A stretch of DNA of 64,000 nt from the NCBI RefSeq assembly GCF_006345805.1, contig NC_043006.1, forward strand, positions 62,744,001 to 62,808,000, written 5' to 3'. Below the pieces are notes generated by a model. It was given only the letters and a program-made list of their open reading frames with translations. It ran no database searches and was not told the DNA's origin. Positions 1 to 17,803 of this stretch are shown here, one piece after another. Every line of letters starts with the position of its first letter. Positions within the stretch are counted from its first letter, which is position 1. This stretch comes from Octopus sinensis. Its lineage: Eukaryota. The position numbers and the translations under genes are program-made.

Positions 1-537
1 CAAAAAAGTCACAAAAGCTATGTATTAAATGAAAGACAGGGAAGTAATGGCAACATTGATACAACTAAAAGTTGTTACCTAATGTAAAGGGAGTAAAAAA
101 ATATAAATTGTAGGCTAACTGATAACAGGATCAATACGTTCTTGTCGGGTACCTGTTAAAAGATATGTGCAACAACAGTAGGATATTCTAGAATGCTTAG
201 TTAACCCCTTAGTAATAAAAAACAACCCATCGCTGTCAATATCTTAGAAAATCGAAAAATGTGGGAATATATAAATACAAATCACTGAGCAGCCCATGTG
301 TCAAAGCAGAGACAAATGAATTCATTATTGCAGCACATGATTAAAGCGTTCAATCAGAAACTCCCAAGGTGTGAAATTACCGAAGAATATCTGCTGATTA
401 CAAAGAAACAGCATAGTCTCTGGCAACTCAATCTTAGAGAATTAGGAATCTACCTTGAGATATGGCAGTGCTCAGATTTTCACGCAGAGATGTTCTTTGA
501 TAAGTGAGAGTCTTTGAAATATAAACATATGAAACTA

Positions 538-870
538 TAGCTCGTTTGTGGTAAATGAAATTAGGAACAAACCTTATAATATATTCCATGAAAAAGATTG
601 AAAATTGATCGTTGAGAAATACATAGTGAAACACCTATGCCTCATACAATACACACACACATACACACACACATATATATATATACATATACATATAAAT
701 ATTTATGTATATGCATATATATATGTGTGTGTGTGTGTGTGTGCGTGTGTGTGTGTATTTGTATGAGGCACAGGTGTTTGACTATGTATATCTCAACGAT
801 CAATTTTCAATCCTTTTCATGGAATATATTATACGGTTTGTTCGTCATTTCATTTACCGCATACGAGTTA
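538..870. repeat. Foldback / MITE-like inverted repeat with a (CA)n-(TA)n-(TG)n core
   Basis: Arm ~538-655 (ctcgtttgtggtaaatgaaatt...acacctatgcctcatacaa) is the reverse complement of ~757-870 at roughly 90% by eye; TA at both outer ends. Confidence 0.8.
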
Positions 871-2030
871 CATTGACTTTAATGATGCATATATTTACAG
901 CGCACAAAACCTGCGCCCGGTAGCACAGTGGAAATAAAATAATATGAGATTATGAGATTACTGAAAAAATATTATCGGTTTCTAATGAAGAGAAAAGACA
1001 GTTATTGTAGTTTAATGACTCTGAAAGGATGAAAGACAAATACGATCTCAGGGGAATTTGATCTGAGTATGTAAGGGGCTTGAATGTATATTGCACAGAA
1101 CTTTGTCAGTCATTTTTACGATTCTGCCAAAACAAACTATCAACATGCAGCTACTGATATTCTGTTTAAGACTTACCCAATAATATATAATAAATATCCT
1201 ATACAATACATATCCTCTACAGTTACAGTCACAAAAGACTATACACATAATGCAGGAACATAACGTATGCGATATCAGCTGCCAACCAATAAAATGTCAC
1301 AACCTGCATATGATATACTCTTCATAACAAATAGACACAATATTGAAATTCTACCAGAAACAATTAAACAAAACTCACTAAAAATTATAACAGTATATAA
1401 ACACAATTTTCAATAAACCTGAAACATGGCAGTTCACCCACAGGCCAATAAAGGAACGTCACTGCTACAAATAAGAATTTAACAATCTTCAAATTTTAGC
1501 TTATCATCTTCGTAATGGAAATCACATAATGGATAATTTATTTCTATGCACCCCTAAACAGGTGTGATGGCCATGTTTAGAGTGCTCTCTAATGATCAGT
1601 CCGTTCAAACAGGTTTGACCCAAGACTGAAATTCAATAACAATAGTAAAGATGCTTCTGGTGGCGAGAAAGAACTTAGAAAAAAAAATGTTGCAAACATA
1701 TATATCGGGACAAAAAGGTCACCAAATCATGAGAGCTTATCGAAGAATACAAAAAATAGAATTATTTACGTACCAGAATATCTATTACATACAAGAATAT
1801 CTATTTCAGATAAATGATGACTCAAACTTATCGATTACATTATATATTCATTTCACTTTATTTCATCTTATCTTTCTTCGTTTCTTTTAGTTTTATACTT
1901 GTGTTTGTTATTGATATTGCAGCAAAATGTGCTGTTTCAAACTTCAATAACGGAAAAAACAGCTGCTTCCGAAAATTAGGGTGTTTTCTATTTCTTTTCT
2001 TCTATTGACCTCTCTCGTGCAACATCAGCA

Positions 2031-2059
2031 TTGGTAGTAGTAGTAGTAGTAGTAGTAGT

Positions 2060-2092
<33 letters not shown>

Positions 2093-2175
2093 CAGCAGTA
2101 GTAGTAGTAGTACTAGAGGTGGTGGCGGTGGCGGTGGTGATCTTGGTTTTGGTGTTGATCGTCGTCGTCGTAGTA
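2031..2175. repeat. Compound trinucleotide microsatellite (TAG)n/(GGT)n/(TCG)n
   Basis: Directly visible; source of the spurious poly-V/S/G/R ORF 2031-2327. Confidence 0.95.
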
Positions 2176-4721
2176 TATTTTCTTGCTATAAAGACAAGCT
2201 ATCAACACAAACAATTTATAAATTCCTTTACGTGCGTGATTCTAGAATTTTGAATACTTCCAGAAGAGATTTGTCTTACAATGAGAATATGAATCTTTTT
2301 CACGATAATTTCAAATTTACTTACTGATGTATACACATAAACATACACACAGGCGCGCGCACGCACACATACACACACCTACGCACATACATACTCACTC
2401 ACCCAGTCACAAACACATACATACACACATAAAATATATATATGTATATATGCATAGATGCATGGATGTATGTATAAACAGTAAACGCAATCTTTGATGG
2501 AGTATAAATTTAAACTAGTTCTGTGTGTATCTAATGTTCATAGGCTTGTTAGTGCCGTATCTGTCCAAAATAACATCTCTTATGGACGTACTGTGTTAAA
2601 ATAGAAAAAGCCGTGCTTGCTACAGCTAGCGAGAGCGCCAGATGTATTTTAGCCATTTTGGGACTCATCAATGACGTGTACTCACTGAGTGACATGTTTA
2701 GATGAGCATTAATCGCCTTCGATAAAGAAAACAGAGAATAAAATATTCACCGATGATGCGAATAGCCGGCCGACCGAATATAAATACAGTAAATGCAATG
2801 GAGATAGTATCAATATTAATTAGCTAAGTATCAAACATATATACAGCGTTGATAGACCAGTTACTCGGTATTCGTCCAAGATAACATGTCTTATAAACGT
2901 GTTGAGTTAAAGAGAAAATAAATATCGAAGGGAGACGTTAAACAGCCCGACAACAGTCTGAAAGAACACCAGAGGAATTTTGGCTATATTTTGCCCTACT
3001 CAATGTCACATGACTATCACCAGGAATCTTTGTGTTTTGCTGCCAGTAGCATCACTATAGTGGTATGTTTTGGTGTTCATTTTTTTCTCAGGGTTCGGAA
3101 TTCTTCCAAATATAATATATAATATAACCCAATATTCAGCATGATAGCAATGGTCAGTTAAGCCTGCACTGCGTTGAACAATAATAGTAGAGATGGATGG
3201 AATCTGTTCATAAAACTCGGAGGACCGTATTGGCAGGTAATGTTCATCTTCATTGACAGATGTGTATTCAGTCTTCTTAGCGTAAAAAACACAGGCCAGC
3301 GTTAACTGCAGCATATACAACATAAGCTAACAAGTCTTGCATGTCACACAGCTAAGGAGCTATGAAAGCAAGATCCTCATTGTCTTACATGCATACATAC
3401 ATACATACTTACATATACACACACATAGACGGAAATGTACACGCACACACTCACACGCACGCGCGCACGCCCACGCATATATATATATGCATCTTATGCT
3501 TGCTAGTTTGCACAGACTGAAATTAATCCCTCTAAATTTTTTTTTCCACTGTACACGCAATGATTGAAGTAAATGCTAGTGCGTGGACTATTACTCCTCT
3601 GCATACTTTCCATACGCATGCGCCACGCCCACACACACACACAGAGAAAGAGAGAGATGAGTCAAAGGGAAAGAGAGTTATGAAACGTTGCAGATCCACT
3701 TGAAATAACGTTCTTAACCAAATTTGGTATGTTCTGAATAGATAATTCTCGTTAGAAATTAGTTATCCACCGTAGCGCTGCGAAGTAAACTGCAAATGTC
3801 CCTGCATATGTTTAGGCATCGCAATTGCATTCTCCTAACATCTGCAGATAATATGTCTAACAACCCATTAATCGATAACACTATCATTACATGTTAATTA
3901 ATTACCAGTATTAAACTCTTGAACGGAGGAGCGACGAATTTAAATATATTTGATAAAGACTTTGAATAATATACTAGCATTGTAATAGATCGATCCTAAT
4001 ATATAGCATAATTGATGCAGTGAACATTTTGCATAATCGCGAAATTTTCATAATGAAAACATTTGAAAATATCAGAAAATTTGTCGATAAAGATTTCACA
4101 TAAATTATTTATTTGAACTTATTTCAAAAGCACATTCAGGCATATTCAGTGTTTGATTCAGCTTTTATCAATTCTAATTTGTTGTTCGTCATTGCATTAA
4201 ATCGTCTCAGAAGATCATTGGCCTCCACTAATATTTGTAATTTTAGAGAGTTTTAGAATCATTTACAATGAACATTTATATTATCACATAAAAATTAGAT
4301 CACTCTTCAGGGCCATTCCTTTTTAGGTTAAAAGAACCAAATTGCTTTTTATATCTGAATTGTTTGCGTTGCGAATGGTTTTACACAATGCAGTACTTTC
4401 AATAGCATCTTTTATCTTATACAAGAAGCTATTGCCAGTTCTTTGAGAAGAGCATTCCGATAAAATTCAAACTTATGAACAGAAAAATTATTATAAATTC
4501 CCAATGTAATAATTATAGGTAATTAAAATTCATAGCTCAATGGAAGAATGCTTATCTACCACGCTGACAGCCCGATTTCGTTGCCCAGCCGATGCATTAT
4601 ATGTAGACGTATATGTGATGTGCTTTTCTGTATAGTGTTTAAGGCGCTTAAAAAAAACAACTTACAACAGGTTCCGCATTCGAATCCAGCAAACGCTCTT
4701 GCTTGCTTTTTCATATGTGTC

Positions 4722-5115
4722 TCTGTATGGTAAGAAATTTCCTTCCCAACCACATTCCCGCGTTCAGTTCTACTGCATACCATCCTAAGCGAATGTTTTT
4801 TTACTATAGAATTGGGCTGACCAAAGACTTGTGAATGGGTTTGGTAGGCGGTAACTGAAAGAATCCTGCCATACAACTATGTGTGGGGGTATTTGGGTGT
4901 GTGTGTGTTTGTGCTTGTTACACTTGACAGCCGGTATTGGTCTCTCTATGTCCTCCGTAACTGGGTGGTTCGGCATAAGCGACCCATAGAATAAGTGTCA
5001 GATTATAGAAATAGGTACTGGACTCGATTCGTGTGACTAAAACTCCTCGAAGCGGTGCCACTTCATGGCTGCAATTCAATGGCTAAAGCAACTAAGACAT
5101 AAAAGTAAGTTAAAA
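4722..5115 (+). mobile_element. tRNA-derived SINE family A, old degenerate copy
   Basis: Colinear with 5407-5862 (gtggtaag...ccaaagacttgtgaatgggtttggtag...gatagaataagt...catggc...aaaag). Confidence 0.8.
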
Positions 5116-5406
5116 GGAGCGTGGGTGTACAAGTGTATATACACGTATACTTCTATGTATGAGTTATTATACATATATAACTACCAATATGCGTACATAC
5201 ACACACACACATACAGTTGGGTGCAAATGTAGGTTTACAGTACGTATCATATAAATAATACTTAATTCGTTAAAATTATTAGGACATTAATAAATTAGTT
5301 CGCCTCATTTATTATATTATCATTGTCATTAATCAAAATAATACTTTACCATAACTATAATAATATCGCAAATTTCAATAAAAATAAATATCCATAAAAA
5401 TAAATA

Positions 5407-5571
5407 GGCGTAGGAGTGGCTGTGTGGTAAGTAGCTTGCTTACCAACCAAATGGTTCCAGGTTCATTCCCACTGCGTGGCACCTTGGGAAAATGTCTTCT
5501 ACTATAGCCTCAGGCGGACCAAAGCCTTGTGAGTGGATTTGATAGAAGGAAACTGAATGACGCCCGTCGTA

Positions 5572-5652
<81 letters not shown>

Positions 5653-5862
5653 TTGTGTGTCTGTGTTTGTCCCCACAACATCGCTTCACAACCGATGTTG
5701 GTATGTTTACGACCCCGTAACTCAGCGGTTCGGCAAAAGACCCCGATAGAATAAGTACTAGGCTTAGAATTAATAAGTCCCGAAGTCGATTTGCTCGGCT
5801 AAAGTTGGTGCTCCGGCATGGCCACATTCACATGACTGAAACAAGTATAAGAGTAAAAGAGA
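5407..5862 (+). mobile_element. tRNA-derived SINE family A, full length, with internal (TA)n(TG)n tract
   Basis: Head ggcgtaggagtggctgtgtggtaag (A-box-like) and ggttccaggttcattccc (B-box-like); tail tgactgaaacaagtataagagtaaaagag; about ten related copies in the window. Confidence 0.9.
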
Positions 5863-5874
5863 GCGTCCTTTTTG

Positions 5875-6455
5875 TTCATAACTGTATACTTACTTTTGCA
5901 ACATCCTTTCTACTCTTCTGGAAACAAGTTGTTTTCTTCCAGTTATTACTCCAGTAAAGGCTTTGTAGATTGTAGAGAGACAAGTTATTCGTCTGTAATT
6001 TTGTGGGTTTTCCATCTCAGTGGATTTGGAAATTAGGATAGTTTCCCTTTTTGTGAGCCATTCAGGTATTGTCTCTGACTGCTAGTATGTCATTAAATTT
6101 TTCAGCCAGCTTTTTGTGTGTTCCTGTCAGATATTTAAACCAGAAGTTGGAGATCTTATCATAACCGGGTTCTTTCCAACTGCCTATTTTTTCCAATGCC
6201 TGTGTGACCTCTTCAGTTGTTATAGGGGTTCAGAGTTGTTCAGGTGCTGAGTTCATTGTTTTGATAGACCTTTTCTGAGGTTATTCCTTCGCCGACCATA
6301 TTTCTTTCCAAAGTTCTTCCACTTCTTCTGCTGTTGGTGTTGCAGTGTATATTTTATTTTAGCCAAGTTCTTGGTAGAATCTTTTAAGGATGGAGTTGAA
6401 CTGCTTGTTTTGTTCAAAGAAACGTTGGCATTTCTCATACTAGCGGATTCTGTGT
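5875..6455 (-). mobile_element. R4/Dong-clade non-LTR retrotransposon, internal fragment (N-terminal part of RT)
   Basis: Manual translation across frameshifts: EEVTQALEKIGSWKEPGYDKISNFWFKYL, PEWLTKGKTILIP, NPQNYRRITCLSTIYKAFTG; begins directly after (TAA)n. Confidence 0.85.
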
Positions 6456-6457
6456 GC

Positions 6458-6720
6458 TTATTATTATTATTGTTATTGTTGTTGTTGTAGTTGTTGCTGT
6501 TGTTGTTGTTGATGATGTTGTTGTTGTTGTTTAAAATTTTGCCACAAGGGCAGCATGGGGGAGGTGGGCATGAGGCGATTACATTGGTCCCAGTGTTCAT
6601 CTGGTACTTATTTCATCGACCCCGAAAGGATGAAAGGCAAAGCCGTCCACGGCGGAATTTGAACTCAGAACGGGCAAAATACCGCTAAGCATTTCGTCTA
6701 GGTTACTAACGATTCAGTCA
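6458..6720 (-). mobile_element. SINE family B with (CAA/TAA)n tail
   Basis: Contains atcgaccccgaaaggatgaaaggcaaag, also at 23988-24012 and (reverse complement) near 34535-34562. Confidence 0.8.
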
Positions 6721-6821
6721 TAAATAGGGGTCCTTGTTGTGACTTGACAAACAATACAAAATCCCTGTAGAGACAATATTTTCAATCAACAACCTCATGA
6801 TATTGTGTACTGTGCTACGTC

Positions 6822-6879
<58 letters not shown>

Positions 6880-6897
6880 GTAATAATAATAATAAGA
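6822..6897. repeat. (TAA)n microsatellite
   Basis: Directly visible. Confidence 0.95.
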
Positions 6898-7706
6898 ATA
6901 TTTTTCTTATAAGAACATGTACAAATTTACACATAGAAAATGCCATCTGCTTTTCTTGAAGCAAATAGTAATAACTGCCCCACATTACGTTTGTTTTCAA
7001 TTCAATTTTCAGCTACAAAATAATTGCTTTCAACAACAACTACCTCTTCCAGTTTTGCTGCGTATATTTTATATTATTCTATGTCCGAAAATGCTTCTAC
7101 TGTGCGTTATATTCTACATATTAGATAATTATTACTTGGCAATGGAAAATGTATGAAATACGTATTCTGTTTGAGAGTTCAAACGGTTCTGGGTAGTCAT
7201 TTATGGTTTTTAATGCATGCAATGTTTAAAAGCTATCTAGGAATATGGGATTGATTTTCTCGATAAACACTTCACGCTGTTACACCATCATGACAACAAT
7301 CCAAATGTTGAAACTAGTAAAGAATCAAATAATTCGAATACATTAACTGTATCACAAATCTTTGTTAGTTTTAAGTAAAAATATGTTGAGGAAGGATTCC
7401 TTACTTTATATCATTTACATATCTTAATAAAATTCACAAGAGAGGTTTATAGGTCTATCGCTATGGGATGAGTGTTCAACAGTTTCATAAGATATCAATA
7501 TGTATGCTTGGTGATGTTGGTTTATTTCGTTTTTCTTGTAGTCTTAAAAGGGATTATTTATGGTGTGATACAATTATTAACTGTTATGAAGATTAGTAAT
7601 AGTATTTGCATCGTCATAATTCCTTGCCTATTTTTGACTTCACACGCTTTCTATTATATGGGATATATATACATACATTATACAAACACATAGACACACA
7701 CACACT

Positions 7707-7737
<31 letters not shown>

Positions 7738-8510
7738 TCCTATTTATATATATGTATTTATATGTTTTCCGGAATTGGTGTAAATGTATATGGAATAATT
7801 TATCAGTTGAATAAAGTTATAAAGACGGTTTGATTTTCAGGTTTTTATTATGGTATTTAAAAAATAAATAGAGAATTTTTACAAAGTTGACTGCAAATTT
7901 TTTTATAAAATACCATAACAGTGTGTGTGTGTGTGTGTGTGTATGTGTGTGTTTGTGTGTTTGATATGCATATACATATTTCAATCTGCCTATATTTTCA
8001 GTTATAATGTTTGTTTAAGAAAATTTTGTTAAGTGTTGGATTTCACCAACATATGCTTATATTAAGAAGCAAAACAAGAAAAACAAATAATATAAAGACT
8101 CCAATAAATGTAGAGTACAGACAGTTAATGGCATAGCTGAAATAGTAAATATGCGTAATACAATCAGATAGAAAGAACCATAAATTCGATAAATACACGT
8201 AGAGATTTATTTTATATTTATGAAAACATACACCGAATTAATATGAAATAAAAAATGTTGGCATATGTATGTATGCTATTTTTTAAAAAAAAACTATTAG
8301 CAATATAGATTGAGAAATATATATATTTAAACCGTACTGAGTATAATTTTATCCGACTTAGCCATAAAGCATGTGTGCTTTATATCACAAGTATATTTAA
8401 GCTTGAAATTTAAGAATGATTTTGAAATTATCAATAGTTTAACTCAGGGTGAAAGGAACCGATAAATATATGGGCGTATGTGTGTGTATGCATGTAGCTA
8501 GCTGGCTAGT

Positions 8511-8776
<266 letters not shown>

Positions 8777-10528
8777 CACATACATGAATATACGTGTATA
8801 TAAACTTATGTGAAACGTATCTGCGTAGAATCCAACCCACCCTGGCTGGAGTCAGGTTTGGTTTGCCCGCTGTGGTCAGGTGTTGTTCCTCCATTGTTTG
8901 AAATGTTGTGTCCCATTTGAAGAAAGCGGTTTCTTTTAATTATGATGCAATGTACTCATTAATCTATATATAAAATCCGTTGGAAACAGCTGTAATGAAG
9001 TGACACTTACTCATCCCAGGATGACATTATTAATTTTTATCCTACAGTATCACACTGCAAACTCCAGGATTGGAGCCAGGATTATTGATAACTCTAACCA
9101 ACCCAATTATGCTAACAAAATTTTAGACAGAGATATGTATGCGGTAAAATGAATGAAACGTTGGAAACCAAAATTTAAAAGAATCGTAATAAATATTATG
9201 TTAATGAAACACATCAATATAATAAAGCACATTAACGTAATATAAATATTATGTTAATAAACAAACGTCAATAAGAAGAGAATTAAGATCTGTCTCAATC
9301 CCTCTGTTGCGACATTTCATAACAATGCAGAAAATTACGACTCATTGTAAGATTATGTGATAAGAATGACGAATCGCTTTCTCGAAACAAATAAAATATA
9401 AATCATAACATGCATTGCCGCTGAAAAGTTAGGTACATATGATATTATCATTTTTGTTCGACACGTGTTTGAATATTTCAATATAAGACCGTAATAAACA
9501 ATGAATCATGTCTAAAGTTAGCTCTATATAATAGGAAAACATAAGTGTCTTGAGAAATCTCAACGAATTATCTGTTGTTCTGGTTGTTAATTAATATTTT
9601 TAGAAATCAGATTTTATCTGAAAAATACATCTAACAGAAAATCGTGGTAAATAATACAGCTTGCTATATTTTGCAGGACATAATCGCTCGTATTAACGGC
9701 TTTCGGAAAAAATGAAGTAGAGACAAACTAATTTTGTTATAGATTTTATTCATTATCACACTTCGTACCTATAACAAAATAATATTCCAGATTTGAATAT
9801 ATTACGTGTGTCACTACCGATAATCCTTTAAACAACAGCTTAGAATATTATCTGAAGTGGGGAAAATATCTCGTAGTGAACCGAATTTTGTAACATATAA
9901 AAGAAAATCGAAGCCATGGAGAGATTTTTTTTAAATGCCAAGTTACAGTAGCGCTATCAATTACGAAATACATGCGCTTCAAGAAAATGTGGAAAATGAT
10001 TTAACTTTTAGAAGGCCGAAGATCACCATTTTAAAAAAGTGAATTTTTCCAAAGAGAGAAACATTTTACTTGTACTTCGAAAAATTCGTTAACATACGTT
10101 TTCCAGTTGTGGGATGAATTATATAGACAAACTGGAAACCCTTAAAAAAGAATAAAACAACATACGCAGCAAATTCGAGTTATCGACTACAGACAAATAT
10201 CTTAGTAAACATTGAGATTTATTAGCCGGTATACCCCAACCTAATTTTATATGATTTTTTCTTTCACACTACTTAACGATTCGACAAAACAAAACAAGGT
10301 GGGTGGAATTATAATAAAGTGGCATTTATTGCTTAAAGTTTGACCAGGTTTAAATTTGTATAATCGATCAATGAACCGGAAGATGAAATTTAAGCTATGT
10401 ATTACTAATTAATGAACGCTTTGTATTTCATTTAGGACATCAACTCAAGTATGATTTATTATAACAGTACTCTGTAGATTAGAAGGGGAATTTACGATGT
10501 ATATACGATTATTATGAATTATATATAT

Positions 10529-10801
10529 TATGACCGTGATCACTGTGACCGACCACGCTATCAGATGTTGCTACACATCGCTGGTCATTGTTTTAGCCTG
10601 GCTAAGCGAGCAGGCCAACAGAAAAAAGAGTGAATGAAAGAGTGGTGAAAGAGTACAGAAGGGATCACCACCCCCTGCCGGAGACTCGTGGAGCTTTTAG
10701 GTGTTTTCACTCAATAAACACTCACAACGCCCGGTCTGGGAATCGAAACGGCGATCCTACAACCGCGAGTCTACTGTCCTAACCACTGAGCCATTGCGCC
10801 T

Positions 10802-10803
<2 letters not shown>
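10529..10803 (-). mobile_element. Third tRNA-derived SINE family (octopus OR-like head)
   Basis: Minus strand starts ggaggcgcaatggctcagtggttagg (A box) ... gtttcgattcccagacc (B box), followed by a non-tRNA body; flanked by (CA)n and (TA)n. Family name is from memory. Confidence 0.8.
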
Positions 10804-10844
<41 letters not shown>

Positions 10845-10871
10845 AAATATAATTTATATATAAATATACAC

Positions 10872-10904
<33 letters not shown>

Positions 10905-12339
10905 CATATATATATATACATATATATATATACATATATATGTGTGTATGTGTGTGTGTATGTATGTATATATATATATATTATCTTTTATTTTTCTCTC
11001 TGTTCACTTTATACATGCCCATATGGGTATGTATATTTACGTATACATATGCATACATTTAATTTATATGCATACAGTATGTACGTACGTATGCATGTAT
11101 ATCAACATACTTTCATGTTTACGGACAAGAATTTGCAATATCAACACATAAAACAAACTTTAAACAAAAATTGAACAAAAGTGTACACCAACGCAATAAC
11201 AGAAATCACTAGAAAAGCAAGTGTGTGTCCATATATCTCATAATATATGTATTTCACTATATAAAAAATTGGTTATGAATCCATTTCAGAACATTGTTGT
11301 CTCCTCGATATCGTTTCAATTTAGCAATTTCAAAACTAGTTTATTGTAGTTTTGTTTATAGTCTTGTTCATACTATTCATTTTAAATAACTATTTTTTGT
11401 GTTCAAACTTTTAACTCGTACTCGTTTACTAAATAATTTAAGTGACATTGATTTTTGAAAGAATGCATTAAATTTTTGTGGTTCTTGATAACTTGCAGAT
11501 GATATTTTTTTTAATAAATTGCTTTATCTTTCCTTTATTCCTCGATAATCTATAATGGGATTAATAATTCACAAACATTCTGTCTCAAGTAATTGTATGT
11601 AATTTGATATTCCCAGGATATTGCCATCAAATACGCTAGCATCTAACATCAAACATGCTAATTGAAAAACGAACTGCTTCTGCAAATTATCAATTCTTTA
11701 CTTCTTTTCTTCTAACTTCTTTCCCTGCTTATTCACCATCAAAACCATTTTCATCCTCATCATGATTTTCTTTGTCTTTTATAAATTTTTCATCTCTATT
11801 TAACTCAAAATTTTCTTCAGAAATAATTCTAATTATTCTTGTTTGTTGTCTTCTCGTTTGCATTTCGTCTTACATCTTCCCTCTCTATTATACGCTAAAG
11901 CTCTTTTGCGAATTTTGCTGTAATCCTTTTTGTTTGCCTTTCAACAGCATGCTATTGAGGTTAGTATAGCTATATTCCTACTATAGCTCCTAATACAGCT
12001 CCGGCTTTCGTGTTGTTGATGATGAGGAGGATACTAATACTACTACCGATATTTTTTTTTAATATTCCCCACAAATTAAAGAAAAACACAATTACTTAAA
12101 ATTGTGTATACGCGCGCGTGTATGTTGGAGGAGAGAGAGTTGGGTGAGTGAATGAGAGTGAGTTCAAAATTATCGATGAGAACACCAATAACGAATATAT
12201 TAAAAGTAGAGTGGAGTAAATTGATGCACGCTGACATTAAGTGGGAGTGTCTATGTCGTTCTGAGTGCAGACTATTTTTCAGACACCGACTTCATAGCAG
12301 AAAGAATAAAAATATGAGCATTCTGTAAATGTATAAATT

Positions 12340-12892
12340 GTTCTGTGGTGAGAAGCTTGCTTCTCAACCACATGGTTCGGAGTTCAGTCCCAAGTGCCTT
12401 CTACTGTAGCCCTAGGCTGACTATAGACTTGTGAATGAATTTCGTAGACGGAAACTGAAAGTCCGTCGTATATACAAATATATGTGTGTATGTCTGGGCG
12501 TCTGTGTGTGTGTTTGTGTGTCTGTATGTGTGTGTGTATCGTAGTGTCGGTTTTTGTCCTCCCAACATCGCTTGATGCTGCAGCACCTTTTCAAGCGGTA
12601 CTCCAGCATGGTCGCAGTCAAATAACTGGAACTAGTAAAGAAAGAAAAGGATAAAAGAAGATATATATGTGCTTGTGTGTCTGTGTTTGTCCGCCACTAC
12701 CGCTTGACAACCGGTGTTGGTGTGTTTGCGTCTCCATAAGCTAGCGGTTTGGCAAAAGAGAAGCGACAGAATAAGTACCAGGCTGCTAAAAATGTACTGG
12801 GACCGATTCATTCGACTAAAATTCTTGAATGTGGTGCCCCAGCATGGCCGCTGTCTAATGACAGAACCAAGTAAAAGAACAAAAGAATAAAG
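12340..12892 (+). mobile_element. Two tandem SINE-A pieces (internally deleted copy ~12340-12660 plus a 3' half ~12661-12892)
   Basis: SINE-A motifs (gacggaaactgaaag; cgcttgacaaccggtgttggtgtgttt; cagcatggccgc) occur in order, with the 3' module present twice. Confidence 0.8.
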
Positions 12893-12894
12893 GA

Positions 12895-16873
<3,979 letters not shown>

Positions 16874-16941
<68 letters not shown>

Positions 16942-17018
16942 TACTATTATTATTATTATTATTATTATTGTCATTATTATTATTATCATTGTCATTATTA
17001 TTATTTTTATTATTATTG

Positions 17019-17076
<58 letters not shown>

Positions 17077-17112
17077 TACTATTACTATTATTATTATTAT
17101 TATTATATTATT
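16874..17112. repeat. (TTA)n array (further arrays at 17629-17800, 18774-18840, 19297-19321, 20501-20640)
   Basis: Directly visible; each array separates two inserted elements. Confidence 0.95.
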
Positions 17113-17628
17113 GAGTGAGAGAGCAGTTCATGCCATCAAAGTGACACTGGGGTAAAATATACGAAGCCCAATATACCCATCATGACTACCCGTCTGATAA
17201 AGGTTACACCAGGCACATGCATCACAACCATATGTGCGCGACATGGTGATCTCATATCAAGATAAACAGCACATTACCTTGCAGGTGGGGCCCATTTAGA
17301 ATTTTCTTCAGGTTGAGTAGCCCATCCCGCTCAAACGGTCCCTGAATAAGGGTTGCTTAAGGATGTTGAAAGAACCACCCATGTTTCCAGAGGTGAACTA
17401 TTCAAACCCCAAAGAATCCCTCTCAACACATGGCTATGATTCTCCCCCACTACTTCTGCTCGTGATCAGAGATGCACATACGTCAGCCACTAAGGGACAT
17501 GCTCAACTGGTTAAGGTCAAACAATGACAAGCAAATCTGTGGTATTGAGCAGAATATTTGCTGTAGCCCATCTTTTATACCAAGACAAAACAATGTACAT
17601 GATAAACTTTCCAATCAGTTAAGATGAC
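17113..17628 (-). mobile_element. Non-coding TAA-embedded element, family C, copy 1
   Basis: Colinear with 18849-19296, 55762-56309 and 56347-56959; (TAA)n on both sides; no ORF, TIR or tRNA head seen. Confidence 0.8.
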
Positions 17629-17660
<32 letters not shown>

Positions 17661-17758
17661 GTCATTATTATTATTATCATTGTCATTATTATTATTTTTT
17701 ATTATTATTGTCATTATTATCATTATCACTGTCATTATTATTATTTTTATTATTATTG

Positions 17759-17800
<42 letters not shown>

Positions 17801-17803
<3 letters not shown>

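Noticed and set aside
298-507. 69-aa ORF with faint likeness to an RLE C-terminus
   Set aside because: No diagnostic motif could be aligned.
3006-3323. 105-aa non-repetitive minus-strand ORF, and a plus-strand AG...GT segment 3092-3236
   Set aside because: No recognisable domain; the plus segment has stops in all three frames; compatible with chance.
5407-5480. tRNA-like heads here and at 10730-10803, 31398, 43345, 60381
   Set aside because: A/B boxes present but no complete cloverleaf, and each continues into a SINE body; not tRNA genes.
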